Below, piece by piece: positions 50,501 through 63,133 of a stretch of DNA of 64,000 bases (its first letter is position 1; each line of letters starts with the position of its first letter). The position numbers were made by a program, and so were the translations under genes. This DNA comes from Phallusia mammillata (taxonomy: Eukaryota), in assembly GCA_965637545.1 (NCBI GenBank), contig OZ281500.1:8246001-8310000 (forward strand), read 5' to 3'. The notes beneath the pieces are model-generated. The model was not told the origin of the DNA, did not search any database, and saw nothing but the letters and a program-made list of their open reading frames with translations.

Positions 50501-53500
50501 ATGTAGATAAGACAGCGTTAATATCAACAAATGTTTAAACACATCTAACCAACACAACAAGTTTGCCTTAATTTGGGTAAGAGATTAAAATAATACCAAC
50601 AAATCATTGAACACATCTAACATAACAAGTTTGCTTTAAATTGGGCACAAGAATTGTTAAATAAACCTGCCTTCGGGTAGTACATTGGCAAAAAACACAC
50701 ATATTTCGATTTGATTCATGTAAAACTGAAGTGTGTGGTGAATATCTTAAAATAAAATGTTCCCCTGCAAGTGAGGCAAGAAGCATTTTGTATGCATCAA
50801 TGATTTAGCTGACACTTCAGAGAGCTCATTTCACCCACACCATTCTTCCACCATCAATTACTTTCTTCCATGTAGTCCAAGGCAATCTTGAATTACCTTT
50901 GAAATGATTCTGCTGATTTTTTCTGCTTCTATTCAGTTTCCAGATGTTGAACTGCAACAAAAAATAAAAGAAAAAGTGTATGCAACATTTAATTTGACAA
51001 GTAGGAGTTTACACAAAAATGCTTGAGTTAGGCCAGTAGATAGAAAGCCAATGTTTTACAAAACCAGGATCACACTAGAGATGAGCTACCATATTTTTAA
51101 ACATGCCTAAAAAGATAACAAATTACCATCTGCTAAAATAATAGAAACAGTTGAGAATGACAAGCATATCATGACAATTGACAACCACTTACCATGTATC
51201 ATTGCTTTTTAAATCCAATGTCCCAAGTCCTTCATTTGATAGTGTGTTAGGCCCTAGTTTGCTTCATGAAGCACTAGAAATGCTTCCCCCACCCTGAACT
51301 GTCACTTTTCATTACTCCATTTGTTATCAGAACATGGATGCCTATTAGATGCTATTTCACTGCTTAAAATACGTTTGCTTTTGTCACAACAGTTCACATT
51401 TAACTGCCAATTTCATGTAAAACCCATTTCACCTGCGATTATTTCCAAAGAAAATATAATATTTTTCAATAAAAAATAAATTTATTGCTTCACTACCCTT
51501 GCCGATAAAATCGGGCTGTGTTATAACACATGTTCTAAAATTATAACACCGCCCGATAAGAAACGGGGATTTTTTCATAACACAAGCGCTTTTAATCGGG
51601 CACTTGTTGACGAATCGGGTGCATTTTTTGCGAGACAAGCGGTTGTCACGCATCAGCAGTTACCACTGTTTTTGTGCCTTGTCTGCACAAAGCAAGCCTT
51701 TGAAGCGGAAAATTAAATATTGCAAATGCACCTTGTAAACCAACCTTTGTGGAGTTAAGATTCCACAGAAACACAGGCGCATTTAACACATTGTGCTACC
51801 TAAAACATTTTTATTGACAAAATGCTTTTGTGACTAGGACCAATGTGAGGTATATATGCTTTCAAATTTAAATTTAACAGTTTAAGCCACTGTTTCTTGA
51901 CCAAACAGTACTAACAAACTCGCTTTAAACAGAAGAAAAAACGAAGGAAAAAATGCACACCAAATATTAGGGATTTTCGCATTGATTTCAGTAACCTCTT
52001 TAAGTTGCATAGACACAAACAAGGGTAGGTAGATTTTTACTGCTAGTTCGTGGAATAGGGCAGGGGTCCGCAAATAGTGGGTCGCGAGACCTTCCAGTCT
52101 GGGTCGCGAAATATTTTAAGTTTCCCATGAATATTCTACAGTATTAATGAATTTCGGCTTTTTTCAACCTTTTAATCATTATTGCATTGTTACGTATGAC
52201 TACGTAACTGTGCCATACAGTCTATGTAACAATGCAAAAATTTAAGCGCACCTAAGCAAGCATGCGTTTTGTGATTAGCTGTGTTCTCAACACATAGCCC
52301 ACAGTTCTCATTTGTTAGGATAAATACGTTCGTTTACCTACTGTGAAAACAGCAACTGACAATAGCATTATAGCCGTCTTAATATTGATATTTAGTTGCT
52401 TAGTATTTTCCACAAACTTACATGCTAACAAAATGCTTGGGTCGCGATAATTTAGAGCAATTTTTTTAGGGTGGCGCCAAAAAGTATTTGCGGACCCCTG
52501 GAATAGGGTAAACACCGATTTGTGTTGTTGACCACCACATTTCGATTTTCGTAACAAGTGAGTAGTGACTAAGCTACCTGGTAATAACCACAACGAATAT
52601 TTTACTTGTTTGTTAGATTGTTTGAGTCACTGCGGTTGCGGGCACGGTGCCAAAGTGTGTTAATTTTAAACATGGACAAAAGGCAGATGACCTTGGATTT
52701 GGCTGTTTAAGTTGTTAATGTTAAACCTTGCTATAGGATACTTTTTCGGCGTGACCTGTTAAACATTTTTATGGGAAGAAATATGTCTTTGGCTCAACAA
52801 ACCGAAAAGTAGCCAAGTAAAAGAACATATCCCTTTAACGCTTTAACAGACGCAAGTAAAACGTATCGTAGGTATAACGTTTGTATGCAGTGATAATTTC
52901 GGTGGGCTACAGTTAAAAACGCAACATTTATGGAGTGTTTTCAGAAAAAAAACATTAAATGGTGTTTCACGCCTTCCTCGATCAATTTCCACAAACTAAC
53001 ATTAAAAATGCCACCCGTGCTTCTATAGATTTTCTTCTTTGTCATGTGTTTATGCAGGGGTGTATTTACGCACATTCTATAAGTCAAGCGAAACCAACTT
53101 GCAAATCCCGAGAAACTGAGGAAAGCAGATAAGAAAAGTCACACTTTTTCGCGGTTGACTTCTCTGGCAGCCTGGGTTTGCTGCGTTGGGAGATCTATCA
53201 AGTGCAGCTGAAGTCACGCGGAACGATAAACAGGCCCAACCGCAGTGACTGTTTTTCTGGTGCCGTAAACGTGTGACCTATACCTGAATGGACGTGAGTT
53301 TTTGGAACTAAACCTAAAAGACTGAATTAATTAAGGAAAAAAACAAACATCATATGAATCATCCCTTGAGTAAAAGCAACTTTTGACAGCGGGTGCTTCG
53401 TTTGAACATTGAAAATATCTCCAAGAGTCGGTTTCAACTAACATAACATTTTCAGTAATTTGGTTAATGAGGATTTTTTTGCGTTTTCTTCTTTTAAGGC

Positions 53501-56500
53501 TTGATGTCAACGGGAAATCGTTTTCGGATGATGAAAAGATTGGAATAACAAATAAGTCTATACCTCAAGCAAATGGGGAAGCGTTTCCGTGGAATGTAAA
53601 CTACCGTGATCCCATGTTTTAAAGAAAATAGTTTCCCAATACAGAGCATAAAACGAGTAAACAAGATGACTCAAATACGCGGAATGCTATGTATAAATTG
53701 CCCGACAACATCCTGTTGTGGCCACATAGTGTACTTTATCTAATATTTTGACGTCTGTGTGAAAATTTAGTTCTTACTTTTTAATATAACTTAATAGGCA
53801 AAGTCAACGCAAACTATAGGCGGTAGTATTTAAGCTTTAACAGCAAAAACTTTGAAGAATACGAGTTGGTATGGGCAGCTAATTGGAAATGTGTTGGGCA
53901 CACATGCAAAACATATTGCGTTACAAGACTTTTGTATATTTTACAGATATTTACACCGTTTGCAATTACTTCGCGAAACAAATTTGCCCTGAATATTTGT
54001 TTCGGACTGAATTTCGCAAATAGTTACAATAGCAGATAAATAGTGTATGACTTGTACAGACATCAAGCCAATAAATGATAAGCTGTAGTATGTGACTTAC
54101 TTTATGAAATACGGTCTGTCAGAGTAGTCGAGTGCCAGTTCCCATCCATACGGCAAATTGTAAGCGCAAGACCAACTTTCCAGTGGAGGCAGAATCTGTA
54201 CGGTTTGACTATGCAAGCTGCAAGTGTACAAAACAGTGATTATATGTTTTAGTTTTTGTGACCTATCTGCATTGCATACATGCTTTATCATCTTGGTTTC
54301 TACGATTGATATCAAACAATGTTCATGGCCATATTAAATTCATACAGTCGTGCAAAAACTGATTACTTTTCGGAATGTTTCGGCAGATCGCTTTAATGGC
54401 CATGTCTCTATCGCTTTCTACAAGATTTTGAATGGCGTAAAGATTTTTTTTGCCCATGGATGCGTGCCCTACAAGTGGGTTCAAAATGAACGGAGCAAAG
54501 CATACAAATCTATTGTGATACGCATACACGCACTAACTAACCAAGAACATGAGATCTAGAGAAATTTCAAACGAGTAACTGCTGCAAAATGGATTTGATT
54601 GCTCAACTATCATTAAAATTGGTGCAAAATATTGTTGGGTTGCCAAGCAGTGTCACTTAATCTGGGTCAAGGCCACTTGCCCTCACGCCCCATACACGTG
54701 ACATTTCGTGGTAGCACGCGCAACGTTGACTGCCCAATGAACAACGGAGCTATGCGAGTTTGCGTTCAATCGGAACAGTGAGAAGTGAAAAGCGACGGAG
54801 CGAGTAGGAAACCGGCGACAACTCCTCACAGCATCTTCCTGCACAATACTAAGAAATTCACCACTCGTATCTCGGTTGCTTGATTAGTGACTGGTAAGTC
54901 ATCTATATTTGAAGTACAGTAGTCCTAACTGATGCAGATGTGGCCCTTCTAGTCGTATGTTATGAATAGTTCGAACGCAACGGTAAACAAGAAAAGTTTG
55001 TGTCGTAATGGCAACCTATAGACTGTAGCTCTTAGACAATTTTCGCATTTGATTACACATCATTTTCGTAAAATGCAATGCACCTATAGTCATTACCTAA
55101 GCAAAGCATGATAAAAATGCAAGCCATGTCTGTATGCGAACTTTTTAACATTAACTTGATGCAATGAAAAACGCAATTGATGCCTGTACATTTGACCCAA
55201 CCCTTACCCACCGCATACAGCTACTTATTGTTGGCTAATAAACAGACGGAAATCTTCAGAAGTTCATTGAAAGTTAGCACAAATACGCATTACAAAGTCC
55301 AAAACGACAGCGTTACAATTTCTTTCAACGTTTGTGTAACACGCTTTTCCAGAAAACGAAATCTGATATGATTTTTTAAATCTCAATGAATTCAAACCGT
55401 CTAAGATTATCTTTTACAAATAGGCCGCTTAAGGCCACCAAGAGTTAAACGCCATGTGTGACCATAAATAATGCATAGAATACCTCGAAAAGCTAGTGCA
55501 TCATTACTTAATGCAATTTGTTTCGTGCAGGCCATAAATTACCGTTTAATGCTGTGCAAGCCAACACTTTAGCTGTATATGACACTGTAAATCTCATCTG
55601 CCACTAAGATGCAATCGAAAGGCTTTGCCTCTAAACTGGACCAATTAAATTTTAGTACATTCGTGCGAGCAAAATTGAAAACCTCAACGATATACAGCAG
55701 AAGTTTTCTAACTCTGTGGCTTTGCGACATTATGTGAATTTTATCCAGTTTCTACGCAAACAGACCCATTGATGGTCATTTTAATGCCATCAGAGGGAGA
55801 GATATAGCTCAAGAGCCCCCAGAAAGCGACTCTAGCAAAGAATCCGTTGGACAAAAGTAGCATCGGCTTACATTATCACAACAAAGAAACTCAAGCAAAA
55901 CAATCGGCGATCACAAACGACAACCGTGCGTTTCATTGAGGGTATAATTTGTCTCTTGATTCGATCTGTGGTGATCAATGCAAAACGTTTTAACGGTTGC
56001 TGTTTCAAACATAGCCCCGTTCTTTATTGTAAGGCAAGAAGTGTTCAATCAAAATAGACAAGTGCTCTTGTTATTACTTCTGCATTTGCGCATTTGCTGT
56101 CAGGGTTTTGGGTCTCTAATTGTTTCCTATTGCGATGGGCAGCGCTATCAATAATTCATCGTGACAAAATCGTTCGGCAACAGGGGAATCTTGTCCACGC
56201 GTTGTCGAACTTTAAATATCGACTGAAATGCTCGTCTTAAAGCTCACCCCATATCACCCATACGTTTTGTTGAGGTTACAATTGTAATGCAGTGTATAGC
56301 AACTTTAATGCATGTCGGCCATAGTAGACCTCTACAAATTTTACCTTACTCTAAAATCTATATCCGTTAGGGATTAAATAAAGTTTGTCTGCAGTGATGC
56401 CAATCACATAAATCACGGTCAACGCATATTTCTAAACTTCAACTTCTTTGAATTCGAAGTTAAAGAGGTCACATACGCCGCACGACTCCGTCATTTGAAA

Positions 56501-58199
56501 GCCTGCCTTTAAATAAGCTTTCAATTGACAAGAGCTCTATTGACAGTTGAAGCGTTGATTGTCGTTTTGGCCCTCGTAAACCTCTTGACCGACACACGAA
56601 GTTATAAACATTCACTATACGATTTTCGCCCTGTAGCACAAGTTAAAATTGTCACATTTAAGTAACACAAAACGATACGTGATTGATATTGTACGGGATA
56701 TTTCGGCGTCCAATTAATCCATTTACCCATACACGCTGTTTCGTTGTTCAAGTTTGAACTGCACGTCATTTTTGAGAATTCATTTGTATTACAAAACTGA
56801 TACAGACAAAAACGAAACGATTTTTTCGCGTACTTCCTTTGGAGATCCATTATGAAAGCCCGAATGTCTAAAATTAAAAATCGATGTTACGCGTGACGCT
56901 TCGAAGTCAAAGGTCACTTGTTGCTTTATTGGCCTTGCGAGGTGTATCACCACCCGAACATCCAGTAATAAAGATACCAAGTAATAACAGTTCAAAATTT
57001 GATTGCGATTCTGCGGAGTGCACAGATTAAAGGCCATTAACCGTGAAATGCGCTTTTAATCAATCGATGCTTGATCGTTGGAGGCAACCGAACAAGAATT
57101 TAATTTCAAATCATCGATTGGATGGCGCTGCAGCTCTCTCCAAGGGCGCTTTGTCGAATTCAAGTTTTTTCGGCGCCCTGATTTTGTGGTATAAACGGTA
57201 CTTGTCCTATATTATGAGCTAGTCGTTTGCTGCAAGCTAATCTAGGACAATACGCGATTTGAAAGGAAGGTTGCAAGACCATGCAGTGTTTATACATGTT
57301 TGGTTGCAATGTGGATACCCTTACCACTACGCATGCAGTTACTGCTTAATTTGACACAACTGGCAATCAAATGTAACAGGATGATATGACAAGAAGGGAA
57401 AGCAGCTGTTTGGTGCACCATAGGGGTACAAACACAACCCGGCGTCAGGTGTTCTGCCAAGTCCCAAATGGTATGAATATTTTATGTTTATCTGACTGAC
57501 GGTCACGGTGCAGCAAAGTGAATGAGGTGCAGGGACTCTTAATCTGCTTTCTCTCTCCTTGGCGTCTGTACACAAGTGTGCTACGTTGCACTATATATAC
57601 TACCGTGTTTCCAAATACAACACATTTGGACCGGCGTCAATGGATCGTGACATATCGATTGCTGGAAAAAAACCTGTACAATCGACCGCGCAGTTTTCTG
57701 ACACATGCGTAAAAAATGTACCCATTTGTGGTCAACACATCTTCTCGTATTGCCCAAGTGCAGTTCGGCGCTTTATTCAAATCGCTGGGTAGTCATGCGC
57801 GATGTCAACAGGGATTTCAAGATATACTTCGCAATGTATATGTTGAAGTAGTATCGAGGGGTTTGAAGAGCAGCCGCAGGAAACAGATTCGCCCAATTGT
57901 CGCCGACATACTTTCTTCCTTAAACGTTTTAAAAACGCGCATTTTGTGTCTGGCGGCTTTTTGCTTAACCGGGCACAACCACGATTGAAAGACGAACCAC
58001 AGTTACACAGTTGGCCGCTCATCATTGCGCAAATTGCCGTGCCGCTGCGAAGGCGCCACGCTGTTTTCTCTGATCTAAGTGAGGGCCTGTTTACAACTCA
58101 CCTGTAATAATACACCCGTCCATTCAATCCCAGCCGAGCTTCCCAGGCACTTGATAAGAATTTTAACGGTCTTTGGGGATTTGGTTTGTCCATGACCAT
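35581..58199 (-). CDS. FRMPD4: FERM and PDZ domain-containing protein, FRMPD4/Preso-like (WW-WW-PDZ-FERM plus a long disordered tail, about 1821 aa)
   Basis: Exons 58199-58102, 54217-54101, 45585-45386, 44699-44597, 44355-44310, 43638-43534, 43170-42981, 42510-42440, 41722-41581, 41241-41061, 40601-40499, 40335-40150, 39663-39478, 39400-39277, 39194-35581. All are GT-AG and phase-consistent. Motifs LPYGWE..D...YFIN, [50 protein letters not shown]. The exact paralogue (FRMPD1/3/4) is inferred from the WW domains. Confidence 0.88.
47995..49956. repeat. Two opposed arrays of a 199-bp tandem unit (switch point about 48800-48840)
   Basis: The motif GTTGACCTGTGAAAA recurs every 199 bp on the right and as its reverse complement on the left. 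The central units are the most diverged. Confidence 0.92.
48240..48439. other. Assembly gap (200 N) within the left tandem array
   Basis: Run of N. Confidence 1.
52061..52500. mobile_element. hAT-type MITE, 440 bp
   Basis: Perfect 16-bp TIR CAGGGGTCCGCAAATA. 8-bp TSD GAATAGGG (52053-52060, 52501-52508). Subterminal GGGTCGCGA repeats. Confidence 0.93.
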
Positions 58200-59086
58200 C
58201 TTGGTCTGTTCAACAAGTCTATATTGTTAACTTTTGACTCAAGCAAAAAAAAATTTTTGCAAAAATTAAACTTACTTGCTTAGAACACCTGTCCTTGCAG
58301 AGCCAAGACCATATGTATATCCATGTAGCTACAACATTTCACAATCACAAGAACATTCAACTAGCTATTTGTTATAAACTAACTATAAGTTCCCAAAATA
58401 AACATGTGTTTATCGTGCATTTGCGCATTACATCTTTCTGCATGCTTAAATCAAACTGAAGCGCATCCTATAACTGTGTATTCCACAGTAGGCTAGTCTA
58501 CAGCGTGCATGTCATGTCTCAACTAACATAAGTATTTAGCCAGAGACAATGCTATTCTCTGAGGCACACAAGAAGCCAGAAAAATGATTTAACGGGCAAG
58601 CGAATGCCAATGCCTACTTTAGAAAAAGCGCCCCGCTTCGATCACTTGGCTGCGTTTGTGCCGAAAGAAAAGCAGTGCGACACAAATCAGCCCTTTGTCG
58701 TCGCCTGGCGGCAATTTGTTCAATTTAAGTTAATTTTGCATGTTAGCAAAATATGTCATTACAAATCACAATGTATTTTCGCTACATGTAAGCAAAAACG
58801 CCAGGCGTTCCAGATTATATTTTGACAAGTTGATTGGAAAACATATAGGCCTTCCGCACTGGTTCTCCTCAAGCGAAAATGTTTTCAATATAGTTTTATT
58901 AAAATTTGTTCTGAACTTAAACTTATTCATTTACATGTACTATCGTTTAGTTTACTATGGGTAATTTATTGAAGAAAACAAAGCTGAAAATAAAATAATA
59001 CAGAAAACAAAATTAAAAAAAATATAGTTTCCAATCGTTGTGAAATAACATAATCACGCAAGTCAGCGGTGCGGAACGGTGTGTGG

Positions 59087-59096
59087 CCTCTTTCTC
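59087..59096 (+). promoter_or_regulatory. TCT/5'TOP start motif of RPL14
   Basis: Pyrimidine tract CCTCTTTCTC about 30 bp upstream of the ATG, typical of ribosomal-protein transcription starts. Confidence 0.7.
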
Positions 59097-59118
59097 GATC
59101 GCCGTGCTAAAAGGCAAG

Positions 59119-59532
59119 ATGGTGTACAAAAAGTTTGTCGAAATTGGCTCCGTGGTCTACATCAGCCAAGGGCCACAGGCAGGAAAGTTGGCAGCTATTG
59201 TCAACGTCATCGACCAAAACCGCCTTTTAGTGGATGGGCCGTGTAACAACGTCCCGCGATGCGTGGTCAATTTGAAAAATGTTCACTTGACCAAATTTCG
59301 CATAGACCTGAAATGGGGTTCCCGAACCAGTACAGTAAAGAAGGCTTGGGAGACGTCAAATGTGAATGAAAGTTGGGCGGACAGCAACTGGTGCAAGAAG
59401 ATTCAAGCAAAGGCAAGGAAAGCCCAGCTCACCGACTTTGATCGCTTCAAGTTAATGAAGTTGAAGCAAAAGCGAAGACGCATCATTGCCAGTGAGCTTA
59501 ACAAGATGAAAAAGGCGGCAAAGGCATCTTAA
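59119..59532 (+). CDS. RPL14: 60S ribosomal protein L14 (eL14), intronless, 137 aa
   Basis: MVYKKFVEIGSVVYISQGPQAGKLAAIVNVIDQNRLLVDGP...LTDFDRFKLMKLKQKR. AATAAA at 59546. Confidence 0.97.
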   Translation: MVYKKFVEIGSVVYISQGPQAGKLAAIVNVIDQNRLLVDGPCNNVPRCVVNLKNVHLTKFRIDLKWGSRTSTVKKAWETSNVNESWADSNWCKKIQAKARKAQLTDFDRFKLMKLKQKRRRIIASELNKMKKAAKAS

Positions 59533-61723
59533 TAACAAAATCAACAATAAAGCCAACCTGTTCGGGTAACAACTTGTGTGTTTTTTTCAGTCAAAGCTAG
59601 TGAGTCTGAAAACTGTATTTGATAACAAAAAGTATCTTTTACTTTTAGGTAAATTTCTTCCCAATATCAGAAAATATCTACATGCTAAATGAAAATCAAA
59701 CCCCAAAAAGGATTTAATAATTATTAATTGTTGCCGTATGCTCAAGCTTGGTGTCAGTTACATGCAAACCTTGTTTAAAGAAAATTATTGTCAGAAGTTA
59801 AATCAGATTTGTAACATGACAGTCAAATGGCTTATTGGGATATTGTACTGACTAAACTTCTAGCAGCCCTAGTGTACCCTGAGACATTGCTTGAAACTGC
59901 AGCCATTTGCTTCCAGATATAAAGAGCCATGTAAATTAAGTTGGGTTACAGCACTGAAAAATCACTGCAATTGATTTGTGACAGATTATAATACTGGTTT
60001 ATTCTCGTTGAAGATATTGCTTTTTCTACTTGCAGGATCAAAAGTCCAAGCGCGCAAAACAACAGGACTTATTTTCCTGTGATAGGTTTTCGATTGAATG
60101 TTCCACAGATTAGTTGTATATATGCTTTATCAGCTTTATACAGTTACTACCATGATTACACTTTAAATACAATGGTAACTTAGTGCCAACTAATTTATCG
60201 GTGACTAACTTTTATAAAACATTCAGAAACATGCTTCACTCATCACAACATAATAAAAGCCCTATGTTATAGGCCTAGTGGGCTTGTCTGACAACATTGT
60301 AAAAGTACAATCAGTGAAGCCCAAGTGAAACACAAACAGTCAAAATCTAATATGGTGATACATAAAAATTGTACAAAGTTGTTTAGAATGACTTCCACAC
60401 AGAGCATTTCCAGAAATATCTTTTCCTAACGTGGATCGATGACAGGGAAAATTCCAATGGTTCCCAGAACAGTGATGCAGTCTTTTGGAGGGCCTGATAT
60501 TGTTTTTGAAAAGCGATATTATACAATTTCGTCGCATTTCATTGTTTTTGTTGTTGCTGATAGCCTGTAAACATAATGCCTACTTAAATTAAAATTATTT
60601 ATTTAAAACCTGACAGAAATAAATGTATCTATCAAATTCCTGGGATTGAAATATTATGCATTTGTCAAAAAAGGTCATATGAAGTGGAGATACGACCAGG
60701 GTCTGCTGGATCTAGTTGTCAATTTTAGTGGGGTGCTGCACCCTTACTCGCGTCGTTGTTTTTTTGGTTTTGGTAACAAAGCCGCGATTGACACCACTGA
60801 CTTTTTTTGAAAGGAAGTCAACAAAATTTCTTCCGGTGTTCGAAAAGACTCGACCACGTGACTTTCTCAAGGGTAGGTTAATAAAACAGTGGATCATCCA
60901 TGTAGGGTTAAAATAACAAACACGTTTGCAACAACGAATTGTGCTTTTTTAGCATTAAAATAAGTTTCGTTTTAGAATTGCTTACATGCAATGTCGCTAT
61001 CGAGCTATATCCAGTGACGTAAAACTAGTTGGAACAACTATTAGGAAGGAGCCAATGCATTTTCAAGGGATGTGGAGAGGGGAGTTAGCTTAAAACACTC
61101 ATTCCTGATTCACAAAATGTGCAATTTTAAAATTTGGAGAGGAAAGATACAGGGACCCCTGGGCGGTTGCGTTTCTCTTGCTGCGAGATAACCCAACTCT
61201 CATAGTAATACAAACAGAACTCGCAGAAACTGAACAAAATTTTTCACCAAACTGGTTTTTCGGTTTACATGTTTCCCTGTCCTTTGAACAGAACAAAATA
61301 CGACGTTTGAAGCACTTAAAAAGTAGAAAGTATCATTTACGTATTTTTCTAACAATAAGTTCTGGTTGAATGATCACGCTTTGGCGCGCATGGGAGCAAA
61401 ATGCGATTGTTCATTATAAGCATTTGATAAAATAAAAACAGATTGTTTTGGAATTTTGCTCAAATACAAAAATCAACTTAGCCCCGCAGTATGGTAATAG
61501 AAAAATACAAGCAACAAAGGGCAGTATTTGCGTTTTTTTATTTACAATCAGTAACCACATCTTGGGGCGGGAAATCCAGTTGTCATTTGACATAATATAG
61601 TTTGCCTAAAGCCGAAACAATAACTTCTTCTGCAATATTTTAGGTTTAGCACTTCAGCTATATATCTATAGGGTGTACATTACATAACTCTGATAAGCAA
61701 ACATTGCAACAAGCAAACCAAAA

Positions 61724-62860
61724 ATGGGAATACTTGGTTTATCAAAGTTGATTTTTGACAAAGCTCCATCAGCAGTAAAGGAAAACAGCATTAAAAACTA
61801 TTTCGGTCGAAAGGTGGCCATTGATGCCTCTATGGCAGTATACCAATTCCTCATTGCAATTAGACAAGATGGAAATCAGCTGACAAATGATGAAGGTGAA
61901 GTCACCAGCCACATTGCAGGTTTATTTTATCGCACCATCAGGCTTCTTGAAAATGGCATAAAACCAGTCTTTGTTTTTGATGGTAAGCCACCTCAAATGA
62001 AGTCTGGTGAACTAGCTAAGAGAGCAGAAAGAAGAGAAGAAGCTGAAAAGCAACTGGCGAAAGCACAAGAAACTGGTGAAAGTCAAGATGTTGAAAAATT
62101 CTCAAGAAGACTTGTCAAGGTCACCAAAGAACATATGTTCGATTGCAAAAAGCTTCTTCGCCTAATGGGTGTCCCTGTAGTTGAGGCACCAACAGAGGCA
62201 GAAGCACAGTGTGCTACTTTAGTCAAATCAGGCAAAGTTTATGCCACAGCTACTGAGGATATGGATGCACTTACTTTTCACTCTAACCGACTGCTGAGAC
62301 ATATGACCTTTAGTGAAGCAAGGAAAATGCCAATTCAAGAGTTTGTGTATGATCGTGTTCTATCAGAAATGGAGTTTACACATGAACAGTTTGTTGACCT
62401 GTGTATTTTACTAGGATGTGACTATTGCGAACATATTCGTGGAATTGGACCCAAAAGGGCTTTCGATTTGTTGAAGCAACACAAAAGCATAGAGAAGATC
62501 CTACAGTCCATTGATACAAAGAAGTACACTGTGCCAGAAGACTGGGTGTACAAAGAAGCAAGACAGCTTTTTCTTCAGCCTGATGTATCTGAAGCGAGTA
62601 ACGTTGAATTAAAATGGACTGAACCAGATGTTGAGGGGATTGTAAAGTTTATGGTTGAGGAGAAAGGATTCAATGAAGATCGCATCCGAAATGGCATTAA
62701 GAAAATCGAAAAGAGTCGGCAAACTAGTACACAAGGCCGCCTTGATGATTTCTTTAAAGTTATGCCATCTACACCAAAAACCAAAAGAAAATCAGATACC
62801 AAAATAAAGTCGGAGTCAGCAAAGAAAAAAGCCAAAACCTCATTTAAACGAGGAAAGTAA
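61724..62860 (+). CDS. FEN1: Flap endonuclease 1, single coding exon, 378 aa
   Basis: [59 protein letters not shown] and the PIP box QGRLDDFF. Acidic catalytic residues are intact. Confidence 0.99.
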   Translation: MGILGLSKLIFDKAPSAVKENSIKNYFGRKVAIDASMAVYQFLIAIRQDGNQLTNDEGEVTSHIAGLFYRTIRLLENGIKPVFVFDGKPPQMKSGELAKRAERREEAEKQLAKAQETGESQDVEKFSRRLVKVTKEHMFDCKKLLRLMGVPVVEAPTEAEAQCATLVKSGKVYATATEDMDALTFHSNRLLRHMTFSEARKMPIQEFVYDRVLSEMEFTHEQFVDLCILLGCDYCEHIRGIGPKRAFDLLKQHKSIEKILQSIDTKKYTVPEDWVYKEARQLFLQPDVSEASNVELKWTEPDVEGIVKFMVEEKGFNEDRIRNGIKKIEKSRQTSTQGRLDDFFKVMPSTPKTKRKSDTKIKSESAKKKAKTSFKRGK

Positions 62861-63133
62861 TGTGCAAAATACAAAAAAATTGGATGATGTATATTAGTCT
62901 TCAATTGGATGATATACTTTTGGCCATCATGTGCATTGTTTTCCTGTTTTGGTTTAGAATACTGAGGTTAATATTCATAGACATTTGTGTCATTCTTGTT
63001 CAATGATCTACTGCCATGCATAAGCTAAATATTGTTATTGTACAGTATCATTTTTTGTGTTCATGTAAATACTTTGTCTTGTAGCTGCAGAAATTAAGTC
63101 AATTAAACTTAATTAAAAAGTTGGGAGTATAGT

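Larger units (their letters stand above)
46269..51621. mobile_element. Foldback-type non-autonomous element (5.35-kb palindrome) in FRMPD4 intron 2
   Basis: Unique arms 46269-47994 and 49957-51621 are near-identical inverted copies, with scattered SNPs and one 61-bp indel. Termini CACCCG...CGGGTG. Flanking direct repeat CATTTTT (46262-46268, 51622-51628). The interior consists of opposed tandem arrays. Confidence 0.8.

Noticed and set aside
53499-53622. Plus-strand terminal-exon-like segment (LDVNGKSF...YRDPMF*) nested in an FRMPD4 intron
   Set aside because: The candidate upstream exon (about 53058-53295) has stops in all frames, so no coherent nested gene could be built.
59083-59118. N-terminal extension of RPL14 in the ORF track (MASFSIAVLKGK)
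   Set aside because: It uses a GTG start upstream of the TOP motif. The conserved protein starts at ATG 59119.
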